From Callorhinchus milii (Eukaryota): a stretch of DNA of 64,000 bases. Made by a program: the position numbers and the translations under genes. Shown one piece after another: positions 14,086 through 26,000 of the stretch. Numbering within the stretch: position 1 is the first letter of the stretch; every line of letters begins with the position of its first letter. The DNA is taken from assembly GCF_018977255.1 (NCBI RefSeq), contig NW_024704742.1, forward strand, positions 137,332,001 through 137,396,000, read 5' to 3'. Below the pieces are notes generated by a model that was given only the letters and a program-made list of their open reading frames with translations, was not told where the DNA came from and made no database searches.

Positions 14086-17000
14086 GGAGAGGGTGATGGA
14101 GAGAGAGGGAGAGAGTGAGAGCGAGTTTACTGTTGTGTTACGGTGGGTGAGGACAGGCTGTGCCGTGGCCTGGTCTCCCCTGAACCCCAGTGTGTGTGTG
14201 TGTGTGTGTGTGTGTTTGTGTGTGTTTTCCCGCTCGGGCAGGTATAATCCCTGCGTGTGTTGTATCTCTAGGTGTGCATTGACGACATTGGCAATAAAAC
14301 CCTGTACGAATTCCCTGTGAACCGCTGGTTTGCGATGGACGAAGACGATGGCAAAATCCAGCGGGATGTCCTGGTGGGAGGGATGCACGCCACAGGTGAG
14401 CGAGGGAATGGGGGCTCCAGATTCCCTCCCGCTCTTAGCCTGAGGACCATTCCATCTTTTTTTCCTCTTGGTCTGACACATGTGGAAACCCATCACTGTT
14501 GCTTAAGAGTCTCCAAACTAAGCTGAGAATTCCCGACACATGGAAATCCCAGAGATAGATTGTTGGAATGGAATGCGCTCTCTCACTCTCTCCCTGGAGG
14601 GAGTCATCCTTCTTACCTAATTCCGGAAAGTATTAGGCGCAGGTTGGCAAGAGCCAAGGCTTGGGGACCCCCAGGCGTTGGGGGAACTGCTGGAGTCTAA
14701 CCAGCTAAAATCACATAGCCTGCCATTGATATCAGCTACGACCACCCTACAGGAGTCTTGTAGCTCAGTGTGGAGTAAGGAAACTTGCCCAAGGTTTCAC
14801 CCTCTGCCTGGAATTGAACTCAGTCTCTCGCTTGCAAAGCGAGTGCTCTAACCACTGAGCTACAAGACACAACACAACCGATTGGCTGTTGTGTTTCATC
14901 TGTAAAATACAGTCCACTTTACAGTGTGTCCGTGAAGCGCTTTTGGACGTCTGAATGACCTGATAGGGCATCATATCAAATGCAAGGATTATTCATAGAA
15001 TCATAGAATTGTACAGCACAAAAAGAGGCCATTCGGCCCATCGAGTCTGTGCGGCTCTTTGAACAGAGCAATTAATGTCAGTCCCACTCCTCAGCCCTTT
15101 CCCCATAACCTGCAATCCCATCCTCTTCAAATACCCGTCCACCGCGTTTTTAAAAGTAGTTATCGAATCGGCCTCGACCGCCCTTTCAGGCAATGGGTTC
15201 CAGATCCAAACAACTCGTTGCGTTAAAATTTCTTCTCACCTCCCCTCGGCTTCTTTTAGAGACTATTTTGAATCTGTGACCCCGAGTCACCGACACACCC
15301 ACCAGTGGGAACAGTTTTTCCTTTCTAACCTATCAAATCCCCTCATGATTTTGAAGACCTCTATTAGGTCCTCGTAACCTTCTCTGCTCCAATGAGAATA
15401 ATCCCGGTCTCTCTCGCCTTTCCTCATCACGGTCCCTCATTCCTGGTCCCATCCTCGTAAATCTCCTCTGTACCCTTTCCAATGCCTTAACGTCCTTCCT
15501 ATAGTGTGGGGCCCAGAACTGGGGCAGTATTCTAACTGAGGCCTAACCAATGTTTATATGGGTTAATCATCACCTCCTGACTCTTGTACTCTATGCCCCT
15601 ATTTATAAAGCCCAGTATCCCATATGCCCTTTTTACAGCCTTATCTCCCTGTCCTGCCACCTTCAAGGATTCATTTACCTGCCCCCCCCAGGTCTCTCTG
15701 TTCTTTTGCCCCCTTTAAGATTGTATTATCGCCTATATTGGCCCTCATTCTTTATACCAAAATGCATTACCTCACATTTCTCCACATTGAAACTCATCTG
15801 CCATGTGTCACCCATTTTACCGTTCTGTCTATGTCTTCCTGCAGTCGGCTCCTATCCTTCTCACTGTTTACCCCCCTACCCAATAATATATTATTATTCT
15901 ATTCAGCCCCTCGAGCCAGTTCAGCCATTTTAATTGAATCGTGGGCTGATCTGTGCCTCAACCCCAATCATTAATAAATATTAAAATGTCGATCCGATGA
16001 ACTATTGCTCTGTCCAGGGATTGTTTACAATGTCTCGGTGATAACGGGCGACGTGCGAGGGGCCGGCACTAACTCCAAGATCCACATCCTGCTCCACGGC
16101 ACCAAGGGGATGAAGAACAGCGGGAAGATCTTTCTAGAAGGCGGGCAGTTTGAGCGGGCGCAGATCGACATCTTCAACGTGGAGATCGCGGCGCTGCTCA
16201 GCCCCCTCAGCCGTGTCACCATCGGCCACGATAACTGCGGCGTCAGCTCAGGATGGTTCTGTGAGAAGGTGAGAGGGGAAGGCGGGGTAAATACCCGGTT
16301 ATTTGCCCTAACTTGTGCCTCAGCCGCTCCGTGCTCTCATCTCTAGGCAGGGGTTTGTGGGTTCAAGCCCCCACACATCATTCCCCCCATCATCCACCCG
16401 CCCATGTTGTCTCAGTGCAGGCTGCGGCTCCAGTGTAGCACTGGGGGGGAGGGGGGGTTGTGTGGTGCGGAGAGAGCACCTCATTGACATGGAACCTCTC
16501 CTCTCCAACTTTAATAATAATAGAAATCCCGTGTTGCTGGTGTGAGCGGTTACAGCGATGGTTACGGTGATGGTGACTGTGCTACCGGTTACAGGTGGTG
16601 GTTTACTGCCCGTTCACCGGTATTGAGCAGACGTTCCCGTGTGGGAAGTGGCTGGACGAGGACGAGGGAGACGGGCTGATCGAGCGGGAGTTGTACGAGA
16701 TGGTTTCACTGCGGCAGAAACGTCAAAAGAGCAAGTATCACATCCAGCCCCACCCTGACTCCGCCCCAGCCCCACCCGAACCCCGCCCCTAGCTCCACCT
16801 CAATTCCGCCCCCAGCTCCACCCTGACTCTGCCCCCAGCTCCAATGCCAGGTCCACCCTGATTCCGCCCCCAGCTCCACCCTCGACTCCTCCTCAGCTCC
16901 GCTCTCGGCTCCGCTCTCTCTCCACCCTCGGCTCTCCACTCTGCCCGAGCTCAGCCTCACCCTCCAGCGCCCAGACGTGCTCCAAGATGCTACACTCATA

Positions 17001-20000
17001 AAGACGCTGTTGTTGTTGTTCTTGGCATCTCTCCCCCTCTTACCCCTGCTCCAAATTCTCAATGATAGCAATCTTGTCGCTGAGTCAGAAGGTTGTGGGA
17101 TCAAGCCCCACATTGGAATCGTTTAATCTAAGCGTGGAGTCCTGTAGCTCAGTGGTTAGAGCACTCGCTTTGCAAGTGAGAGACCTGAGTTCAATTCCAG
17201 GCAGAGGGCGAAACCTTGGGCAAGTTTCCTTACTCCACACAGAGCCTAATAATGATCCCTCCAAAACCAAACAATAATAAATTGGCCATTTTCAATCCAC
17301 GACTGTTTGTGGGACATTGCTGTGCGCAATTGGCTGCCGCGTTCGCCCACAAATATACAGTCAATTCACTTTACAGTGTGTTCTGTGAAGCGCTTTGGGA
17401 CGTCCTCCCGACGTGAAAAGCGCTATATCAAATGCAAGGATTATTATTATTATTATTATTATTATAAGCTGACACTCCAATGAGGTGCTGGTGGGGGAAA
17501 TGGCACTGTCAGAGACACCATACTTCAGATGGGACATTAAACCAAAGTCCCGTCTGCCTGATCAGGTGGACGTTAAAGATCCCATGACACTACTCGAAAA
17601 GAGAAGGGAGTTTCTGTCTCTCTCTCTCTCTCTCCCGGTGTTCTGGCCAACAATCCCCAAATAAAATTGGTCAATCAATCCATAGCTGTTTGTGGGACAT
17701 TACTGTGCGCAAACTGCTGTGTTTCACCCACAAAATGCAGAATAACCTCTCTCCCGGTGACTCTCCCTCTTTCTCCCGGTGACTCTCCCTCTCTCTCCTG
17801 GTGACTCTCTCTCTTTCTCCGGGTGACTCTCTCTCTCTCTCCTGGTGACTCTCTCTCTCTCCCGGTGACTCTCTCCCGGCAACTCTCTCTCTCTCTCCCG
17901 GTGACTCTCTCTCCCGGCGACTCTCTCTCTCTCTCTCCCGGCGACTCTCTCTCTCTCTCTCCCGGCGACTCTCTCTCTCTCCCGGCGACTCTCTCTCTCT
18001 CTCTCTCTCCCGGCGACTCTCTCTCTCTCTCTCCCGACGACTCTCTCTCTCTCCTGGCGGCTCTCTCTCTCTCTCCTGGTGACTCTCTCCCTCTCCCGGG
18101 GACTCTCTCTCCCTCTCTCTCTCTCCCCCGGTGATTCCCTCTCTCTCCTGGTGACTCTCTCCCTCTCCTGGTGACTCTCTCTCTCTCTCTCTCTCTCTCT
18201 CCCGGCCACACTCTCCTGGCCACTCTCTCCCGGTGACACTCTCTTTCTCCTGGTGACGCTCTCTCTCTCTCTCCTGGTGACTCTCTCTCTCCCGGCGACT
18301 CTCTCTCTCTCCTGGCCACTCTCTCCCGGCCACTCTCTCCCGGTGACGCTCTCTCTCTCCCGGCGACTCTCTCTCTCTCCTGACGACTCTCTCTCTCCCG
18401 GCGACTCTCTCAGTGATTCTCCCCTGGTGACTGTCACGGTGATGTTGTTGGCAGAGCACCCCTGGTCGCTGTGGATCTGGACGAGTGACATTAAGAGCGC
18501 CGGCACGGACGCCAGCGTCTTCCTGCAGATTTACGGCGACAAAGGCAAGAGCAACGAGATGCGCCTGGACAACAACTCCGACAACTTCGAGAACGGCCAG
18601 ATTGACAAGTTCATGGTGTGTGAGCACTGGGGAGTGTCCCCCCGCGAGCGTGTCACCCCGAGCGTGTCACCCCGAGCGTGTCACCCCGAGCGTGTCACCC
18701 CGAGCATGTCACCCCGAGCGTGTCCCCACGAGCGTGTCCCCGCGAGCGTGTCAGCCGTGAGCCTGTCAGGCACAGATGGGTCAACTAGAAACGTGTCCAC
18801 CACAAGCAAGTGCGGAGCAAGTGTGTGCAGAGTCCGTGTGCAAGAACCGAGTGTGCGAGGGGAATGAGCAGGATGTGAGTGTGCGGAGTGAGCGTGCGAG
18901 GAGCGTGTGTGTGAGGGACGGGTGTGCGTTCGCCAGGAGGAGATCTGAAATCACATTTGACGTTACCTCTGACTGGGAAGGACTGTAAGTGTCTGGGACA
19001 TGACTTGCTGTTGGCAGATTGAGCTGCCAGACCTGGGCATCCTGACCAAGCTGAGGATCTGGCATGAGAAGAGGCACCCGTTTGCCGGCTGGCATTTAAA
19101 CCGGGTATGTCCCTGGCATGTTCCCCTCACCCCCCCCCCACCATCTACACCACATTACACCAAATCCCTTCTACCCGTTAGCATCGCCCCCCTCCCACAC
19201 ACACGGAGCCCCTCACACTCACCCCTCGTTCCTCATGAGCTTTGGCATCCATTGAACCTTGAAGCTTATCCTAAACTTCACCGCCCCCACCCCACCCTCA
19301 CCAAAGAAGTCACCATTCTTTGAATGAGCGGTTAAACCATAGTCTCATCTGCCTGGTCAGGTGTCATTTGTGGAGTCCTGTAGCTCAGTGGTTAGAGCAC
19401 TCGCTTTGCAAGCGAGAGACCTGAGTTCAATTCCAGGCAGAGGGCGAAACCTTGGGCAAGTTCCCTTACTCCACACAGAGCCTAATAATAATCCCTCCAA
19501 AACCAAAAACAATAATAAATTGGTCATTTTCAATCTACGACTGTTTGTGGGACATTGCTATGCGCAATTGGCTGCCGCGTTCGCCCACAAATATACAGTC
19601 AATTCACTTTACAGTGTGTTCTGTGAAACGCTTTGGGACGTCCTCCCGACGTGAAAAGCGCTATATCAAATGCGAGGATTATTATTATTATTTGTTATTT
19701 AGACTGTTAATTTAGTGTTATTTGGAGTTGAGGTAAAGAATAGTCATGATCGAATGGCAGAACAGACTTGAGAGGCTGAATGTCCTCCTCCTGTTCCTAT
19801 TTCCCTATGTGCTTATGCTATTGAAGTGTAAGGGTTCATTTATTTTCATGGCCCTGCGTTAAAGTAAGGACTGACACAAATGTTGTACAATTAACCGAGG
19901 TTTATTAATTCAGATTAATAATGGTTATAATTAACTAAAATGCATTGAATTATGCTGACGTATCCTGTAGTTCACAACGATTTAAGTCAATCAATCCCAT

Positions 20001-23000
20001 CGTGTGGGAGAGATAGAGGAGTAATGTCAATTTAATGTCCAATTTAACGTCCAATTTGAATCCAAATATATGTCCATCAAAAGGGATCCAAGTATTATTG
20101 TACGGTTCCCCGTTGGATATCACCCAAACATATCCAGGTATTATTGTACATTTAGAGTTGTTTAAATCACAATCTTGATCTTCCTTCTTTAGAAGCTGGA
20201 ATATGATTCGCGACTCCAAGTTCCAATTTCTTTTTTCTCTTTCGAATCGATCTCAGTTTATGCCGTTGATGAGGTGACCTTTCACTTTTGCAAGATGGTT
20301 CCCTTGTAAAAACTAATGCAACACAGGCTCTCTCCAGCAGCAGAACATATTTCCATGAGAGAATGACTGATAAGGAATGAAAACAGTTTGTTGCTTATAA
20401 ATAGGCTTTTGTTTCCACTCTACAAAGCTCATCACAACCGACTCCCCTCATATGAGATTGATCATATGTTTCAAATATATAAACATCGCAAATATCATTT
20501 AAGATATTATTTAACATATTAATTACTGAAGTCCCACTACTCGAAAAGAGAGGGGAATTTCTCACTCCTGCCCGACAATCCCCCAGATAAAATTGGTCAC
20601 TCAATCCATGGCTGTTTGCGTGAAATTGCTGTGTGCAAATTGGTTGCCGCGTTTGCCTACAAAATACACAGTGACTGCGCGTGACAGTATATCCTGAGAA
20701 GGGCACAGACGGAAACGTCAGCCTGGACTGTGAACTCTGAGACCCCAGTGAGGTGTGGGGTCTGAGCCCCCAGTGTGGGTTGTGGGCCCCCTGGTTGGGG
20801 TTGTGAGTCCTGTCTCTCTCTGTCCCCGCAGGTCAGTTTGCTGAAGTCTCTGACCCAAGAGAAATACGACTTCAAGTGTAATCGCTGGCTGGACATGAAC
20901 GAGGACGACCACGAGATCATCCGGGAGCTGACAGCCGAGGGGCCCCTCGTGCCGAACGTCCTTCCCGGTGAGTTACCGTTACCCGGATTTTCTACCAACC
21001 GTCCCCAGCCCAGGAAGCCTCCCCTCTCGCTGAGGCTGGTATCCGTGGCACTAACAAGCTGCGGTTTGCCCTCCAGCAAACACTGGAGATCAAGCGCTCT
21101 GGGACGCTGCCCTGCGTGTGGGGCGCTATATAAATGCTTGTTGTAGTTGATGTTGTAGTTGATGTTATTGTTGATATTGATGATCTTGTTGTTGATAATG
21201 TTGTTGATAATGTTGTTGATAATGTTGTTGTTAATATTGTTGATGGTGTTCATGTTGTTGATGTTGTTGCTAATGTTGTTGTTGATGATGATGTTGATGA
21301 TGATGTTGATGATGATGTTGATGATGTTGTTGTTGATGATGATGTTGTTGTTGATGATGATGATGATGATGATGATGTTGATGATGATGATGTTGATGAT
21401 GACGATGTTGATGATGATGTTGATGATGATGTTGATGATGACGATGTCGATGATGATGTTGATGATGATGTTGATGATGATGATGTTGATGATGATGATG
21501 ATTATGTTGTTGATGATGTTGTTGTTGTTGATGATGATGTTGATGATGTTGTTGATGATGTTGTTGATGATGATGATGATTATGTTGTTGATGATGTTCT
21601 TGTTGATGATGTTGTTGATGATGTTGTTGTTGATGATGATGATGATTATGTTGATGATGTTGTTGTTGTTGATGATGATGTTGATGATGTTGTTGTTGAT
21701 GATGTTCTTGATGTTGTCATCGTTGTTGGCCGCTCAGTGCTGAAGTACCGGGTGGTGATCTACACGGGCACAAAGAGTGGCAGTGGCACAGATGCCAACG
21801 TGTATATCTGCCTGGTGGGAGAGCTCGGCGACACCGGGGAGAGAGCACTGTACGACAGCAAGAACAATGTCAACAAGTTTGAGAAAGCCAACGTGAGTTT
21901 CCACCGCCTTACTCCTCTGCTCCTCACTGACCCTCATTAACTGTGTGTGTGTGTGTTTCTCTGTCTCTCTCTCTATCCTTCTCTGACTCTAACCTTCTCT
22001 GACGCTCTGTGTGTGTGTGTCTCTCTCTGTGTGTCTCTATCCCTCTCTGACTTTGTGCGTGTCTTTGACTCTCTCTTGCTCGGTCTCTCTCTTTTTGACC
22101 CTGTGTGTGTGTGTCTGACTCTCTCAATCCCTTTCCCTCCCTCTCTCTGACTGTGTGTGTGTGTGTTTCGCTCTCTCTCTCTCTCTCTCTCTGACATTCT
22201 CTCTCTCCCTCCTTCTCTCTCTGTGTCTCTCACCCCAATACCCAGGCCGACGAGTTCCTGATCGAGTCAGTGAAACTGGGGCGAGTGAAGCGTGTCAGGG
22301 TGGGCCATGATGGTCGGGGAGGGACCTGCGGCTGGTACCTGGATAAGGTGGTAGTGAAGGAAGAGACAGCCCCCGAGTCCCAGGCCGTGGAGTTCCCCTG
22401 TAACAGGTCTGTGTGTGTCTGTATCTGAGAACAGGGAATCGCACCTCAAACACAAGAGTGAATAACAGTAAATGTTAATATGATAATAATCGTGGCATTG
22501 GATACGGTGCCTAATGGCGTCTTTTTTTGGTCGGTTTGCTCCGATCCGCCAGTTGACTAACACCCGGGTTCCTACTTACTTTGGCTTTGGTTCCTATGCG
22601 ATCGACTTCAGGATCCTCTCACTCTCGTGTTCAAATCCCTTCACTCCCTGGACCCTCCTTCCCTCCCTCCCTCCCTCCCTCCCTCCCTCCCTCCCTCCCC
22701 CCCTCCCTCCCTCCTTCTCCGACCTCCTCACTCGCCAATCCACCACCCGGCACCTCCGCTCGACTGGCACCGGCTCCTGCTCGTCCCTCGCACCCTCCAT
22801 CGCCGGTCGCGGTTTCAGTCTCTACGCTCCAAAAGTTTGGAACACTCTCCCTCAATCCCTCCGCCTTGTCCCCTCTCCCTCCTTTTTCAAGTCCCACCTG
22901 AAAACTTTCCTCTTCGACAGTGCGTACAGCCACACCACCCCCCCCCCCCACCCCACCTCGGCTCGGAGTCAGACTCCGCCACTGTTAGGCGCTCTGAGGC

Positions 23001-26000
23001 GCTAACCTGCGTGTAGGGCACTATATAAGTGCCAGTTGTTGTTGTTGTTACGGTGTGATTCCCTATTCCTTGTTTAGGGAAACAGAGATGTAGAGTAAGG
23101 AAACTTGCCTAAGCTTTTGCCCTGCCCAGAAATCGAACCTAAGTCCTCTCACTTGCATGGCGAGCGCATTCACTGCTGCATAACAGCACTTCACATACAT
23201 TATACACACACCTTACACACCTCGTAAATATACCTTATACACACGGTAAATAAACCTAATAGGCACAGTAAATACACCTCACACACAAAATAAATACATT
23301 TCGCACACACAGTAAATACACCTTATACACTCGGTAAATACACCTTATAAACTCGTTAAATACACCTTATAAACTCATTAAATACACCTTATACACACGG
23401 TAAATAAACCTCATACACACAGCAAATACACCTCATACACACAGTAAATACACATTGTACACACAGTAAATACACATTATACAACAGTGAATACAACATG
23501 TTTCTGGAAGGGAAACACAAAAATATTACTTACCTGGCCCGCGGATGTTTCTCAAATGGGGCCTCTGGCCCTCAGCAGCCAGAAGGTTGGACCTCCCCCC
23601 CGCCCCCCCCCCGGCTTAGACTATTTAGTTCCAAGTCCTGACTTGGGGCTTGAACCCACAACCTTCTCACTCAAAAGCGAGAGTGCTACCACTGCACCAC
23701 AAAGATGGCAGCACTGTTGCTTTGCGGGTTCCAGCCCCAAATTGGGACTCTGAGCTCTCAGTCCGGTGCAGTGATGAGGGAGTCCTGCTTTGTCGTAGGT
23801 GCCGCGCTTCAGATGAGATGTTAAACCGAGGTCCCGTTTGCCTGTTCAGATTGATGCTAAAGATCTCTGGCACTATTGGAAACGAGAAGGGAGTCTCTCT
23901 CTCTCTCTCCCGGTGTCCTGGCCAACCATCCTCCAGATAAAATGGGTCACTCACCTTCACGGTTGTTTCTGGGACGTTGCTGTGTGCAAACTGGATGTTG
24001 CGTTCGCCCAAAGAATACACACAGTCACTACACTTCAAAGTGAACCCTATGAAGTGCTTTGACACATCTGCTAATGTGAAAGATGCTATGCTGAACGTAA
24101 GAATTATTAATGATATTATTGTTATCGTTGTGCTTATATCTGTTTGTCTTCGTGCCCAGGTGGCTGGACAGGAATGAGGATGATGGACAGATAGTCCGGG
24201 AGCTGGTCCCAGCCGGAGATGCTCAAATGCTTAAAAGTGAGTGAACATAATAATTATTATTACTATTATAAAAATAATAAGTTTTGGTATCATCGATTGG
24301 ATGATCAAAGATCTGAAAAATATCATAGAAAAATGTGAAAATTGTTGACCATTCATGGCCTACATGACATAAAAGCTGATGTTCAACGTATGTATGTATG
24401 TATGTATATATTGTGGAGTCCCCTAATGGTTAGAGCACTCACCTCGTAAGCGAGAGGAACCAGGTTCGATTCTCGGTTGGGGCAAAACCTTAGGCAAGTT
24501 TCCTTACTCCACACGCTCCTGTTTATCTAGCAGTAAATAGGAACCCAGTGGTTAGTCGATTGGCGGACCAATTTCCAGGGGTAATAATTCCTCCAGAAAA
24601 AGAAAATTGGTTACTCAATCCGTAACTGTGTTGGACTCTGCTCTGTGTAATTGGCGACTGTGATCACCCACAAAAATATACAGTCAATCCACTTTAGAAT
24701 ATATTCTGTGGAGGGCTTTGAGACAACAACGTACATATATATAGCACCCCCTCACGCAGGGTAGGGTCCCAGGGTCCTCTCGAAGATGTGATAAGGCATT
24801 GTATCAAATGCAAGGATTATTATAATTAGGATATTGTAGGGTTATAATAAGATGTCGCTGCTGCTGTTTCATTTCAAATCCCGTTCCGCCCTCGCGCCTC
24901 CCTACCTATTCGATCTTCTTACTCCCCACTCCACCCACTGCCTCCGCTAGGCCGGCTCCAGCCTCCTACGCCTCGTGCTCCCCTCTCCATCATTGGCAGC
25001 CGTGCTGCCAGCCACCTCTGGAACTCCCACCCTCAATCCCTCCGCCTTGCCCTCTCCCTCCCCGTTTTCAAATCTCGCCTAAAGACCTTCATTTTTGACC
25101 GTGCTTACGGTCACCTCCGCGCGCCCCCCCCCTCCCTCACCCCCTGGCTCAGGATCAGGCTCTGCCCTGTGTGACAGGCACTATATAAATGCGCTGTATA
25201 AATTTTGTGGCTGCTGTTTCATTGCAGATATCAGCTACCACGTGCTGGTGAAGACGGGGAATGTGGCCGGAGCCAGCAGTGACTCCAAGGTGTTTATCAA
25301 GCTGTACGGGGAGAAGGGCGACACCAGCCGGCAGTTCCTGGTTGTGTCGGACAATGACCTCAGGAACTACTTTGAGAGGGGCCGTGTGGATATCTTCACT
25401 GTGGAAACCATGGACATTGGCAGAGTAGGTGCTCGGGGGAGGGTGGGGGCAGATAAAGGTGGAGGGAGATCAGAGTGTAACCAACTTTGGGGTTAATGTT
25501 TGTGATGGTTTTAAGCATTGCACATATCACTAGTGTCACCCCTCCTACTGAGGGTCTTCCTCCTTCAGACCACAAACAGTCACTTTACAGCATATCCTGT
25601 GATGGGCTTTGAGACGTCTAGAAGACTTGAAACGGTACTATATCAAACGCAAGGATTATTATTTTTATATTATAACCTTGATGTTATTTATGTTGACGGT
25701 GTCTTTTTTATTCATGTGCACAATAATCTTGTTGTTATTTACGTTTATGTTAACCTGGTTATTATTAATGTTGACGGTCGCCTGTGTTTGTTTGTCTACG
25801 GTGTAGATCCACCGCCTGTTAATTGGCCATGACAATGTTGGGCTGAGGGCCGGCTGGTTCCTGGACAGCGTGCAGATCAAGGTGCCGACTCACGGCAAGG
25901 AATACATGTTCCCCTCTCACCGGTGGCTGTGCCGAGACGAGGCGGACGGCAAGACCGAGATCGAAATCTACCCCAGCGAGGTCCTGGAGATAGAGAAACG

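Noticed and set aside
17133..17210. tRNA-Ala-like gene (and similar heads elsewhere)
   Set aside because: These are SINE heads that continue into SINE body and tail, without a proper acceptor stem or T-run terminator.
17671..18627. RE/ESPG-repeat ORFs on the minus strand
   Set aside because: Translations of the CT-rich minisatellite plus antisense exon 10.
21134..21743. Poly-D/V and poly-M/L ORFs
   Set aside because: Products of the GAT/GTT microsatellite; only 21738-21892 is a supported exon.
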